A model generated the notes under the pieces. The model was given only the letters and a program-made list of their open reading frames with translations, did not search any database and was not told the origin of the DNA. From an uncultured Spirochaetota bacterium (GTDB lineage: Bacteria; Spirochaetota; Spirochaetia; SZUA-6; Fen-1364), in contig CAWGAA010000001.1 of the NCBI GenBank assembly GCA_963820525.1, forward strand, positions 1,664,001-1,728,000: a stretch of 64,000 nt of DNA, given 5' to 3'. The number at the start of each line of letters is the position of its first letter. Position 1 is the first letter of the stretch. The position numbers and the translations under genes were made by a program. Below, piece by piece: positions 27,176-37,356 of this stretch.

Positions 27176-29632
27176 TTAAACCCCCGCCCGCACGCGGCGT
27201 TCGAGCTCGATCGCGCTCTGCTCGGTTTCCGGGACGTGACCGGACAGGGGGAGCAGCCGCTCGTGCACGGCATCCACGATCCACTCCTTCTGAGGGAAGA
27301 AGAGCTCTTCCATCTCCGCGGCCGGAGTGATCCAGTTTCTGCTTCCCACAACGGCCACCGGAGCGTCCAGCAAGTCGAAGGCGAGCTGTGAGACGTTCGA
27401 GGCCACTGTATGGAGAAAAGACCCGCGCTCGCAGGCATCGCTTGCCAGGAGCAGGCGGCCCGTCTTCTTCACGGACTCCAGGAGAGTCTCGTAGTTCAGG
27501 GGGGTGATGAAGCGCAGGTCCATGACCTCGGCGTCCACCCCGTATCTGTCCTTCAGAACCGCGGCCGCCTCCATCGCGCGATAGAGGGTGGCGCCGATAG
27601 TGGCGATGGTGAGGTCTTTCCCCGTTCTTCGGACTTCCGGCACACCCTCGGGAACCTCATAGTACCCCTCGGGAACGCCGCCGGCATGGAACTGCTCGCC
27701 CACGTCGTAGATGAGCTGGCTCTCGAAGAAGACGACGGGGTCGGTGCCGCGGAGCGCCAGGTTGAGCATGCCCTTCGCGTCGTAAGGGGTGGCGGGGAAA
27801 TATGCCTTGAGGCCGGGGATGTGTCCCACGAAGGCGGACCAGTCCTGGCTGTGCTGGGCCCCGTACTTGTTGCCTACCGAGACGCGGATTACCAGAGGCA
27901 TCGACAGGAGGCCCGCCGACATTGCCTGCCACTTGGAAGCCTGGTTGAAAAGCTCGTCGCCCGCCCTGCCCATGAAATCGCAGTACATGAGCTCCACCAC
28001 GGCTCTTCCGCCTGCCAGGGCGTAACCCACCCCGGTGCCCACGATGGCCCCTTCCGATATGGAGGCGTTGAAGAGCCGGTGGTAGGGCAGAGCTTCGGTG
28101 AGGCCGCGGTACACGGCAAAGGCTCCGCCCCAGTCGCGGTTCTCCTCGCCCCAGGCGGCCATGGTCGGGTCTCTGGAGAAGCGGTGGATCATCGCCTCGA
28201 AAAGCCCGTCGCGGTACTGGAACAGCTTGTTCTTCGCCACCGGCTTTCCTTCGGCATCGAAGGCGAAGCGGGCCTTGCCGGCGATCGCCTTTACCCGCGG
28301 GTTGTCCTTGAGATCTCCAAGCATCTCGGAAGGCCTCTCCTCGCGCTTCTCCACGCTGCCGTTTGAGAGCATGACGGACTCGATCAGCCGCCCATCCGCC
28401 CGGGGGCTCGCCTCCTCGTCCGCGGCAAGCCGCAATACCGCCGACAGCTTCTCTACCACGGCGCTTCGCAGCGTATCAAGCTCGCCCTTGCCGGCGATCT
28501 TGTTCTGCACGAGGTACTGGGCGTAGCTGTCGATTGGATCCACTCCCTGCCAGAGGGCCACCTCTTCCTTGGAGCGGTAGCTGGAGGCATCGGAGGGCGA
28601 GTGGCCCGACACGCGATAGGTCACCGTGTCCAGCAGCACGGGGCCTCTGCCTTCGAGGAGGATCCTCTTCTTTCGCGCCACCGCATCCGCGACGGCCAGG
28701 GGATTGTAGCCGTCGACGCGCTCGGCGTGCATGTTCTCCGGATTGACTCCCGCGCCCACCCGGGCCAGCACCTTGAAGCCCATGGTCTCGCCGTCGGTCT
28801 GCCCGCCCATCCCGTAGAAGTTGTTGAAGAAGTTGAAGAGGATGGGGGGAGCGCCTCCGATCTCCTTCGGCCAAAGCGTCCTGTACTGGTCCATGGCGGC
28901 GATGCAGATCGCCTCCCAGACCGGACCGCAGCCCATCGAGGCGTCTCCGATGTTGGCCACCACGATGCCGGGCTTCCTGTTTATCCGCTTGAAGAGCGCG
29001 GCGCCGGTGGCGATGTCGGCAGAGCCGCCCACGATGGCATTGTTCGGCATGGAGCCGAAGGGAGTGAAGAAGGCGTGCATGGAGCCGCCCAGCCCCCTGT
29101 TGAATCCGGCCTTTCGGGCAAAGATCTCGGCAAGGGTGCCGTAGAGGATGAACGCCTCGGAGAGCCCGTCGATGCCTTCATGGGGAATCTTTTCCGCCAT
29201 GCGCAGGGTATCTCCGCCGAGATATCCTTCCATGATCGAGGAGAGGGCGCCCTCGTCGATTCGGCGCGCGGCGGAGAAGCACTTCGCCAGGATCTCCCCA
29301 TGGCTCCTGTGGGAGCCGAATATGAAGTCTTCGGGCTCGAGGCTCGCGCACTGGCCAACCGCGGCCGCTTCCTGCCCGATGGACAAGTGGGCGGGGCCCT
29401 TGTGGTTGTAGCTGATCCCGTTCCAGGATCCCATCGTCTTTATCGCGTTGAGCATGGACTCGAACTCGCGGATCCGCACCATGTCGATCCAGATTGCTTT
29501 CAGGCCGTCGGCGCCGAAGCGCGCAAGCTCCGCTTTGAAGTCGTTCTTGTACGCGTTCACCGGGATGGGCTGGATCTGGATCTTTCCCGGCACGCGAACC
29601 GCGGAAGGGTCGACCAGCAGGCTTTTAGGCAT
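27176..29632 (-). CDS. Fused E1 alpha/beta 2-oxoacid (acetoin/pyruvate-type) dehydrogenase
   Basis: [16 protein letters not shown] ThDP motif and YRVSGHS (alpha). ISEGAI and GAQHSQ (beta). Confidence 0.9.
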   Translation of the reverse strand: MPKSLLVDPSAVRVPGKIQIQPIPVNAYKNDFKAELARFGADGLKAIWIDMVRIREFESMLNAIKTMGSWNGISYNHKGPAHLSIGQEAAAVGQCASLEPEDFIFGSHRSHGEILAKCFSAARRIDEGALSSIMEGYLGGDTLRMAEKIPHEGIDGLSEAFILYGTLAEIFARKAGFNRGLGGSMHAFFTPFGSMPNNAIVGGSADIATGAALFKRINRKPGIVVANIGDASMGCGPVWEAICIAAMDQYRTLWPKEIGGAPPILFNFFNNFYGMGGQTDGETMGFKVLARVGAGVNPENMHAERVDGYNPLAVADAVARKKRILLEGRGPVLLDTVTYRVSGHSPSDASSYRSKEEVALWQGVDPIDSYAQYLVQNKIAGKGELDTLRSAVVEKLSAVLRLAADEEASPRADGRLIESVMLSNGSVEKREERPSEMLGDLKDNPRVKAIAGKARFAFDAEGKPVAKNKLFQYRDGLFEAMIHRFSRDPTMAAWGEENRDWGGAFAVYRGLTEALPYHRLFNASISEGAIVGTGVGYALAGGRAVVELMYCDFMGRAGDELFNQASKWQAMSAGLLSMPLVIRVSVGNKYGAQHSQDWSAFVGHIPGLKAYFPATPYDAKGMLNLALRGTDPVVFFESQLIYDVGEQFHAGGVPEGYYEVPEGVPEVRRTGKDLTIATIGATLYRAMEAAAVLKDRYGVDAEVMDLRFITPLNYETLLESVKKTGRLLLASDACERGSFLHTVASNVSQLAFDLLDAPVAVVGSRNWITPAAEMEELFFPQKEWIVDAVHERLLPLSGHVPETEQSAIELERRVRAGV

Positions 29633-29726
29633 GGAAATCTCCTCTTCGATCGAGAAGGCCGCATCGCGGAGGCTTCCGCGAGGCGGCCGGGTGAATGGAT
29701 ATACGCTCCCTCACCGTCATTGCCGC

Positions 29727-31073
29727 TCACCTCACGACATGGAGATCGCTGTCCGCGATCGCCGCGGACAGCGCTTCCAGGAATCGGGCAGCGGGGGCGC
29801 CATCGATTGCCTGGTGGTCGAAGGTGAGCGAAAGTCCGAGCCGGGGCTCCAGGATGACGGCACCGTTCGGGCCTGAGGCGGGGGCTTGAGTGATCGAGCA
29901 CACGCCGAGGATGCCGACCTCGGGAGAGTTGAGAACCGGGGTGAAGCTTTCCACCCCGAATCCCCCGAGGTTGGTCACGCTGAAAGTGGAGCCGGAAAGC
30001 TCGTCGGGGAGTATCGTGCCCGCTCTGCAGGCGGCGGCAAGCCGCTTGGCTTCGGCGGAGAGCCCCATGAGGGAGAGGCCGTCCGCGCCGCGGATCACGG
30101 GCACCATGAGGCCGCGCGGCGTGTCCACGGCGAGACCGAGGTGGATGCGCGAGTAGCTTCGAATAACGCCTCCCTGCAGGCGCGCGTTCATGGCGGGGAA
30201 CCGGGGAAGCACGTGCGAGACCGCGTACAGGACCAGATCCCCGACGGTCACCTCGGAAAGGCCCAGCGACGGGTCGCTCGCCTTGAAGCGCGCGCGAAGC
30301 TCCAGAAGACGGGCGGCCGGCGCCGATGCGTTCAAGGTGAGCTGCGCATGGGAAGCAAGCGATGCGCGCATGCGCTCCGCAATGAGCTTTCGCACTCCCT
30401 GGATCGGCGCGTCGGAATAAGGGCCGGGGAAGTCAGTGAGGGGCGCAGTGACGGCGGCGCGCGCCGTCGGGGCCGCCGTCGGAGCGGCGGCGGGCGCGGG
30501 CGCGACAGCGACGCGCGCGGCCGTTGCGGTCCCGCGCATGGGCATGCCCGCGGCGGCGGAGGCGACATCGCGCTCTATCACGCGGCCGCCGGGGCCGGTT
30601 CCCGCCAGGGTTTCCGGGTCAATGCCCCTGGACGCCGCGAGGCGCCTCGCGCGCGGGCTGACTCTCGCCCTTTCGGCGCGCGGGCGCGCGGACCCATCCT
30701 TGACCTCGGCTGAAATGCCGCCGGCAACCTGGGGCGCTTCTTGCACGCGCGCCTGCGTGGCCGCATCCAGTCCGGCACCCGCTTCGCTCCCGGCAGAGGT
30801 CGGGCCCGCGCCCACCGCCGCTCTCCAGTCTTCGCCCGGCGCGCCGATCACGGCGATGGGCTGCAGAACCGGAACGTCGTCGCCAGCGGGGTGGAGGATC
30901 TTCAGAAGCGTACCCGATACGCCGGCGGGCACATCGAAGCTGGCCTTGTCGGTTTCAACCTCGCAGACGATGTCCGCCGGAGAAAGGCTTTGCCCCTCGG
31001 CAGCTCTCCAGCGTACGATGATGCAGGATTCGACCGTATTACCCTGACGGGGCATGATCAAAAGATGCGCCAA
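29727..31073 (-). CDS. Dihydrolipoamide acyltransferase (E2)
   Basis: Lipoyl domain ETDKAS, E3-binding SPRARRLA...GTGPGGRV, and catalytic DHQAIDG. Confidence 0.94.
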   Translation of the reverse strand: MAHLLIMPRQGNTVESCIIVRWRAAEGQSLSPADIVCEVETDKASFDVPAGVSGTLLKILHPAGDDVPVLQPIAVIGAPGEDWRAAVGAGPTSAGSEAGAGLDAATQARVQEAPQVAGGISAEVKDGSARPRAERARVSPRARRLAASRGIDPETLAGTGPGGRVIERDVASAAAGMPMRGTATAARVAVAPAPAAAPTAAPTARAAVTAPLTDFPGPYSDAPIQGVRKLIAERMRASLASHAQLTLNASAPAARLLELRARFKASDPSLGLSEVTVGDLVLYAVSHVLPRFPAMNARLQGGVIRSYSRIHLGLAVDTPRGLMVPVIRGADGLSLMGLSAEAKRLAAACRAGTILPDELSGSTFSVTNLGGFGVESFTPVLNSPEVGILGVCSITQAPASGPNGAVILEPRLGLSLTFDHQAIDGAPAARFLEALSAAIADSDLHVVR

Positions 31074-31116
31074 CTGAAAAACCCTCCTTCAGCCCGGCTG
31101 TGCCGTCACGGCGGCC

Positions 31117-31872
31117 TTAAACGGCCCTCACCTTGATCGACGCGTCGGAAAGCTCCCGCATGGCGTCAGGCTGGAGCCCAGAATCGGTAATAATGCCGTC
31201 CACTTCCGACAGGGAGAGGACGCTCACGAATCCCGATTTTCCGTACTTGGAAGAATCCGCAACCAGATAGGTGGTTTCGGCCTGCCGCCGTACGGCCTTC
31301 ACGATCTCGGCGCCCTCGACCAGCTGGGTGGTCATTCCCCGCTTGAGGGAGAAGCCGTCGGTTCCGACAAAAGCGATCCGGACATTGAAGCCGCAGATCG
31401 TCCTGAGCGCCACCGGCCCCACCATGGACTCGGTTGCGAAGCGGAACTCGCCGCCCGTCATGGTAATGCTCACGGCGGGGTTGCGGCGCGCGTATGAGAA
31501 GGCGAGGGTCGAGTTGGTAACAATGTGCAGGTCGCGCTTTCCCAGCAGGTATCTCACGATGAGGGCTGTAGTCGTGCCGGCCTCGATCATGACCGAGTCG
31601 CCGTCCCGAACCAGCTCGGCCGCCGCCCTCGCGATTCTGTTCTTCTCTTCGATGAATAAGCGCTGGCGCTCGAGGATGCTGGGATGGAATGCGGGGAACG
31701 CGCCTCCCCAGGTGCGGTTGAGCAGGCCGCGCTCTTCGAGAACCTTGAGGTCGGACCTGACCGTTACATCCGAAACGCCAAGCTCCCGAGCGAGCAGGCT
31801 TACGGAGAGAGAGCCTCGCTCAGAGAGAATATCGAGAATCTTTCTTTCCCGCTCCTGGAGCTCTTCGGTCAT
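31117..31872 (-). CDS. DeoR/GlpR family regulator
   Basis: VSDVTVRSDL HTH, EKNRIA, AGTTT and ADSSKYG. Confidence 0.93.
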   Translation of the reverse strand: MTEELQERERKILDILSERGSLSVSLLARELGVSDVTVRSDLKVLEERGLLNRTWGGAFPAFHPSILERQRLFIEEKNRIARAAAELVRDGDSVMIEAGTTTALIVRYLLGKRDLHIVTNSTLAFSYARRNPAVSITMTGGEFRFATESMVGPVALRTICGFNVRIAFVGTDGFSLKRGMTTQLVEGAEIVKAVRRQAETTYLVADSSKYGKSGFVSVLSLSEVDGIITDSGLQPDAMRELSDASIKVRAV

Positions 31873-31997
31873 TTCCAATACCTTTCAAGTTACTTTTGCT
31901 TTCTTTATGATTATAGCTTATTTCGCAAGGAATTGCAAGTATTGAACAAGAAAATAGGTAATTTGGGCCTATTATGCCAGATGAGGGAGCAAATCCC

Positions 31998-32059
31998 TTG
32001 ACAGATCGATTTCGAGGGGCTACATTCGATTTACACCCCTCCCCGGGGGTGGGGTGTTA
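31998..32059 (+). promoter_or_regulatory. copA promoter and CsoR-type operator
   Basis: TTGACA-17bp-TACATT followed by the G/C-tract pseudo-palindrome ACACCCC-TCCCCGGGGGT-GGGGTGT. Confidence 0.8.
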
Positions 32060-32087
32060 CGGCAAAGGGGACAAGGAGTAGGGTTCC

Positions 32088-34559
32088 ATGAAGACGGACA
32101 ATCTGACAATAACCGGAATGACATGCGCCTCCTGCGCTGCGCGAATAGAAAAGGTGGTAGGAAAATTGGATGGCGTGAAGACTGCCAGCGTCAATCTGGC
32201 AACAGAGAAGCTTCACATCGAGTTCGACGAAGGCAAGCTCACCGAGGATGTGGTGAAAAAAGCCGTTGAAGAGGCGGGCTATGGAATCGCTCAGGCGGAA
32301 ACGGCGAAGCGGGTCGTGATGCCGATCGAAGGCATGACGTGCGCCTCCTGCGTTGCTCACATCGAAAAAGCCGTGGGCAAGCTTGTGGGGGTCAAGACCG
32401 TGTCCGTGAACCTGGCCACCGAGAAAGCAGACATCCTCTACGAGCCTTCCATGGTCAGGCTCTCGGCCATCAAGAAAGCCATCACGGATGCCGGCTATGC
32501 TCCCCGAGAGGTCGACGCGTCCGAGGCTGTCGACCATGACGCAGAGCGCAAGGAGCGGGAGATCCGCTCCCTGTGGAAGAAGTTCATTGTGGCGGCTGCG
32601 GCCTCGGTGCCCCTTCTCTACCTTGCCATGGGGCACATGATAGCGTCGGCCCGCCTTCCCCTGCCCGCGTTCCTGACCCCCATGGAGCATCCCCTGTGGT
32701 ATGCCCTGGCCCAGGTCCTGCTGGTCATCCCCGCCATCCTCGCGGGAAACCGCTTCTACCGCAACGGATCCAAGGCACTCTGGCACCTGGCGCCCAACAT
32801 GGATTCCCTGATCGCCATTGGAACGGCGGCGGCGGTGCTCTACAGTCTCTACTCCACCGTTCGCATCGCCCTGGGGAACGCCGAGGCCGTCCAGAACCTC
32901 TATTTCGAGACGGCGGCCGTCATCATCGCCTTGATCCTCCTGGGAAAATCCCTCGAAGCCATGTCCAAGGGCAAGACCTCCCAGGCCATCAAGAAGTTGA
33001 TGGGCCTGGCGCCGAAGACCGCCACCGTGCTGCACGACGGGGCCGAGATGGAGATCCCCATTGGCGAGGTGGAGGTCGGAGACCTGGTGCGCGTGAGGCC
33101 GGGAGAGAAGATCCCGGTGGACGGCGTCGTGAGTGAAGGCTACACCTCGGTGGACGAGTCGATGCTCACGGGAGAGCCGATTCCCGTCGAGAAGAAGCCG
33201 GGAGATCAGGTCACGGGGGCGAGCATCAACAAGAACGGCTCCATCGTATTCCGCGCCACGCGGGTTGGAGCCGACACTGCCCTGGCCCAGATCATCAAGC
33301 TCGTGGAGGAGGCTCAGGGATCCAAGGCGCCCATCGCGCAGCTTGCCGATGTCGTATCGGGATACTTCGTTCCCATAGTCATGGCAATAGCGCTCCTGGC
33401 GGCGGCGGCGTGGCTGGTGTCGGGCCAGAGCGCAGTATTCAGCCTCACCATCTTCACATCGGTGCTCGTCATCGCCTGCCCCTGCGCACTCGGGCTTGCC
33501 ACGCCCACCGCCATCATGGTAGGGACGGGAAAGGGAGCCGAGAGCGGAATCCTCATCAAGAGCGGGGGGGCGCTCGAAGGCACCCACAGGATAGAAACCG
33601 TCATCCTGGACAAGACGGGGACAATCACCGAGGGAAAGCCGGTGGTCACGGACGTTGTGGCGTTCGACGGCGTTTCCCCCGATACGCTCTTGAGCCTCGC
33701 CGCTTCAGCTGAGAAGGGTTCCGAGCATCCCCTGGGAGACGCCATCGTGCACGGCGCCGATGAGAAGGGGCTCGCGGTCCCGGCCGCGGAGAGCTTCCGG
33801 GCCATGCCCGGCCGCGGGGTGGAAGCGCGGATCGACGGCAAGTCCGTGCTCCTGGGAAACGAAAAGCTCATGGAGGAGCGGGGCATCGCATTGGGCGGGC
33901 TTTCCGCGAGATCGGCCGAGCTTGCCGCCCAGGGCAAAACCCCCATGTTCATCTCCCTCGACGGCGTTCCCGCCGGGATTGTCGCGGTGGCGGATGTCCC
34001 CAAGGAATCGAGCAAGCGCGCCGTCGCCGAGCTTCGCCGCATGGGCCTCGAGGTTGTCATGATCACGGGAGACAACGAACGCACGGCGCGCGCCGTGGCC
34101 CGAGAGGTGGGCGTGGACAGGGTCATGGCCGAGGTGCTTCCCCACCAGAAGGCCGAGGCGGTCAAGAAGATTCAGGAGAAAAAGCGCATGGTGGCCATGG
34201 TTGGAGACGGCATCAACGACGCGGCCGCCCTGGCGCAGGCCGACATCGGAATCGCCATCGGCTCGGGCACCGACGTGGCAATCGAGAGCGCCGACATCGT
34301 GCTCATGCGCGGTGACCTGATGGACGTGCCGGCCGTGATCCGCCTCTCCAAGGCCACCATCAGGACGATCAAGCAGAACCTTTTCTGGGCTTTCTGCTAT
34401 AATGTGCTGGGCATTCCCATCGCGGCGGGGCTTCTGCACGTGTTCGGCGGGCCGCTGTTGAGCCCCATCTTCGCGGCCGCAGCCATGAGCTTCAGCTCGG
34501 TTTCCGTGGTGAGCAACGCCCTGAGGCTTCGAAGGTTCACGCCCGCCCGGGCGAATTGA
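32088..34559 (+). CDS. copA: Copper-exporting P1B-1 ATPase
   Basis: Two GMTCASC domains, [23 protein letters not shown] and MSFSS. Confidence 0.96.
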   Translation: MKTDNLTITGMTCASCAARIEKVVGKLDGVKTASVNLATEKLHIEFDEGKLTEDVVKKAVEEAGYGIAQAETAKRVVMPIEGMTCASCVAHIEKAVGKLVGVKTVSVNLATEKADILYEPSMVRLSAIKKAITDAGYAPREVDASEAVDHDAERKEREIRSLWKKFIVAAAASVPLLYLAMGHMIASARLPLPAFLTPMEHPLWYALAQVLLVIPAILAGNRFYRNGSKALWHLAPNMDSLIAIGTAAAVLYSLYSTVRIALGNAEAVQNLYFETAAVIIALILLGKSLEAMSKGKTSQAIKKLMGLAPKTATVLHDGAEMEIPIGEVEVGDLVRVRPGEKIPVDGVVSEGYTSVDESMLTGEPIPVEKKPGDQVTGASINKNGSIVFRATRVGADTALAQIIKLVEEAQGSKAPIAQLADVVSGYFVPIVMAIALLAAAAWLVSGQSAVFSLTIFTSVLVIACPCALGLATPTAIMVGTGKGAESGILIKSGGALEGTHRIETVILDKTGTITEGKPVVTDVVAFDGVSPDTLLSLAASAEKGSEHPLGDAIVHGADEKGLAVPAAESFRAMPGRGVEARIDGKSVLLGNEKLMEERGIALGGLSARSAELAAQGKTPMFISLDGVPAGIVAVADVPKESSKRAVAELRRMGLEVVMITGDNERTARAVAREVGVDRVMAEVLPHQKAEAVKKIQEKKRMVAMVGDGINDAAALAQADIGIAIGSGTDVAIESADIVLMRGDLMDVPAVIRLSKATIRTIKQNLFWAFCYNVLGIPIAAGLLHVFGGPLLSPIFAAAAMSFSSVSVVSNALRLRRFTPARAN

Positions 34560-34568
34560 TGGAGGAAA

Positions 34569-34850
34569 ATGGTAATGGATCATTCAAGTCACGACTCAAA
34601 GGACGCCCTGGGACTCCTCAAAACCGTGCGGGGACAGATTGACGGAATCATCAGGATGGTGGAGGAGGACCGTTACTGCATCGACGTGTCGAAGCAGGTC
34701 CTCGCCTCGGTGGCCCTCTTGAAGAAGGCGAACCTCGTCATCCTCAAACAGCACATGAACACCTGCGTGAAGGACGCCATCCAGACGAACAAGGGCGCGG
34801 AGAAGATCGACGAGATCACGATGATCCTGGAAAAGTACCTGGAGCGGTAG
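34569..34850 (+). CDS. csoR: Copper-sensing repressor CsoR
   Basis: GQIDGI..M...RYCIDV...QHMNTCV, giving the C-H-C ligand set. Follows copA. Confidence 0.92.
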   Translation: MVMDHSSHDSKDALGLLKTVRGQIDGIIRMVEEDRYCIDVSKQVLASVALLKKANLVILKQHMNTCVKDAIQTNKGAEKIDEITMILEKYLER

Positions 34851-34968
34851 CGGGGGCAGGGACCCCCAGGTCTCGTCTTTCCTTACGGGTTTGGAGAGTT
34901 TTCCCTATGCTGAAAGCCCGCAGAACGTTCCAAAAAAGTAGCCGTCCGATTCTTGGTACGCGATAGCA

Positions 34969-35850
34969 ATGGGCAATTCCGACGCCGCTTTAGTACTTCT
35001 CGGCACCACCGGCCTCCGCGTCCGCCCCCTCGGCATAGGGACCAACAGGTGGGGCCCCGGCAGGGGCTCCGGCAGGGCTGCCCGCCCGGAGCTCAAGCCT
35101 GTGTTCGACGAGGCTCTTTCATTCGGCCTCACCTTCTTCGACACGGCCGAAGTGTACGGGATGGGCGGATCCGAGCGCACGCTTGGGTACTGCCTAAAAG
35201 CCGCGGGCGGCGATCGAGCTCTCGCCCCCGTGATCGCCACCAAGTTCTTCCCCATGCCGCCCGTCTCCATAGAGACCTGGGCAGACGCACTGGCGGACAC
35301 GGTTGATGCCGGCCTGACGCGCGCCGTGGGGGTTTCGAACCACAATCCTGCCGAGATGCGCAGGGCTCACGCGGCCCTTGCGGCGCGCGGTGTCCCCCTG
35401 GCGTGCAACGAGGTAGAGTACAGCCTGCTCAAGCGGGACGTGGAGAGAAACGGCCTTCTGGCGGCATGCCGGGAGCTTGGCGTGACGCTCATCGCCTATA
35501 GGCCGCTCGCCCTCGGGCTGCTTCCGGGAAAGCACACGTCGGCCAACCCGCCGTCGGGGTGGCGCGGGATGGCCTTCCGCCGGCTGTATCCGCCGGGGAT
35601 CGAACCTCTCGCGGCGCTTCTCACGCGCATTGGCGAGCAGCACGGCGGGAAAACGGTGACGCAGGTCGCCCTCAACTGGGTTATCTGCAAGGGGGCCTTG
35701 CCCATTCCAGGCGCTACCCGAGTTGATCACGTCCGGGAGAACGCCGGAGCCCTCGGCTGGCGGCTGACGGATGAGGAAATCGCCGCTCTCGACGCGGCCG
35801 AGGAACGGCTTCGCGCTTCTATTCGCGACAAGGAGAATCCCGATGCGTAG
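34969..35850 (+). pseudogene. Aldo/keto reductase with an apparent in-frame internal deletion
   Basis: FDTAEVYG, IATK, GVSN, YSLL and PIPG are present. The SLxRLxxDxxDLxxxH segment expected after IATK is missing. Confidence 0.7.
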
Positions 35851-36736
35851 AAATGTCCTGATCCCTGCCCTGGTTTGGGTCCTCGTGCTCGTCGCCACGG
35901 CGAGCGGGCTCTTCTATCGCACGAACGAGCCGCGAATCGGGCACCTGACCGTGCGGGGAGAGCACGCCGTCTTCCAGGGAAGCGGGCTATACCGCTTCGA
36001 TCCGGCCGTTCTCGCCCGTGAAGGGATAATCTGGGACGTGATCAACCTCGCGATCGGCCTGCCCCTGCTCGCCGCCGCAATCTATCTGAGCGCCCGCGGC
36101 TCGCTGCGGGGAAGGCTGCTCCTGGCGGGTCTCCTCTCCTACTTCTTCTACGTCTACCTCATGTATGCAACAATGATGGCGTTCAACCCGCTTTTCATTG
36201 TGTACGTGGCAATCTTCGCCCTGAGCGGGGTCGGCTTTTTCATCAACCTTTCGAGTATCGATGTTGCAGGCCTTCCACAGAAGATGGGCCCCCGCTTTCC
36301 CCGCCGGGTCTTCGCCGTTTTTTCGCTTGTCGTCGGGGCCATGCTGGTCTTCCTATGGATGGGACGGATCGTCCCCATGACCATCTCCAACGCCTTTCCT
36401 CCCGAGCTGGCGGGATTGAGCACCCTCGAGCCCCAGGCACTCGACCTGGGCCTGCTCGTCCCGCTTGCCCTCGCATCGGGGATCCTCCTTCTCCGCCGTT
36501 CACCGTGGGGATACTTCCTTATTGCAGTCATGATCACCCACGGCTTCATGATGTTTATCTCGGTTCCCAGCTGGATCGTCGTGCCGCTGATCCAGGATGG
36601 CGCCGTCAACGCATTCGAAGCGAGCCCATTTCTCCTGGTGAGCCTCCTGGGGCTTTTCCTGACGGTCTGGTTCTACAGAAATGTGCCGGGCAGGTCAGCC
36701 GCCGCGGCGGCGCAGCCGGAGCAACGCAGGATTTGA
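35843..36736 (+). CDS. Hypothetical polytopic membrane protein (about 8 TM)
   Basis: AAGGAG RBS, multiple hydrophobic helices, and QALDLG. Confidence 0.8.
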   Translation: MRRNVLIPALVWVLVLVATASGLFYRTNEPRIGHLTVRGEHAVFQGSGLYRFDPAVLAREGIIWDVINLAIGLPLLAAAIYLSARGSLRGRLLLAGLLSYFFYVYLMYATMMAFNPLFIVYVAIFALSGVGFFINLSSIDVAGLPQKMGPRFPRRVFAVFSLVVGAMLVFLWMGRIVPMTISNAFPPELAGLSTLEPQALDLGLLVPLALASGILLLRRSPWGYFLIAVMITHGFMMFISVPSWIVVPLIQDGAVNAFEASPFLLVSLLGLFLTVWFYRNVPGRSAAAAAQPEQRRI

Positions 36737-36743
36737 ACCGTTC

Positions 36744-37253
36744 CTACGCGATGATCGGTGAGCCGCCCATATAGGGAGGAAGACCTTCGGGGTATCTCCT
36801 GACGAAGCGCTCGTAGTTTGCCTTGTACAGGGGCGTATGCTCGACCCTTTCCAGCCAGAGGATTGCGGCCTCGACGACATCCTCGATGAATACCCGAACG
36901 TCGACGTTCAGGATGTCGAAGATCTTGTTGTTGTGCGGCACGATCCCCGCCATGCCCGGCTCTATGAAGATCACGCGCGACAGCCCGCCGGCTGGAAGAT
37001 GAGTGGTCGCCTGGTGGAGCATCTTGCACCTGACGCGATAGAGATCCCAGCCCGCGAGCAGCGGGGTGCCGCGCACGGAGTACCGCGCGCCGACGTTCTT
37101 GTCGAACCACGCCGCGTATTTTTTGCCGTCCGCTTCGCCGTTGGATGACTCGAGCGCCCCGCAGATATCGGGGACGCAGAGAGCGGAAAACAGCGCAACG
37201 TAGTACAGCCCGGAACGGTTTGCCGCCTGAATCTGGTCCAGCAGGTCTTGCAT
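36744..37253 (-). CDS. Hypothetical protein with HEPN-like Rx4H motif
   Basis: Helical-looking 169-aa protein with ALCVPDICG and LYRVRCKMLHQ. Start site uncertain. Confidence 0.65.
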   Translation of the reverse strand: MQDLLDQIQAANRSGLYYVALFSALCVPDICGALESSNGEADGKKYAAWFDKNVGARYSVRGTPLLAGWDLYRVRCKMLHQATTHLPAGGLSRVIFIEPGMAGIVPHNNKIFDILNVDVRVFIEDVVEAAILWLERVEHTPLYKANYERFVRRYPEGLPPYMGGSPIIA

Positions 37254-37356
37254 CGCGTGCTCGATCCGCGGCCGGGCGCTCGTTGGCATGCCGCCCGGTC
37301 CGGTCAACCCGATTATCGGCAGATCAGGGATAACCTGCTGGCCTTTGCCGGATATT

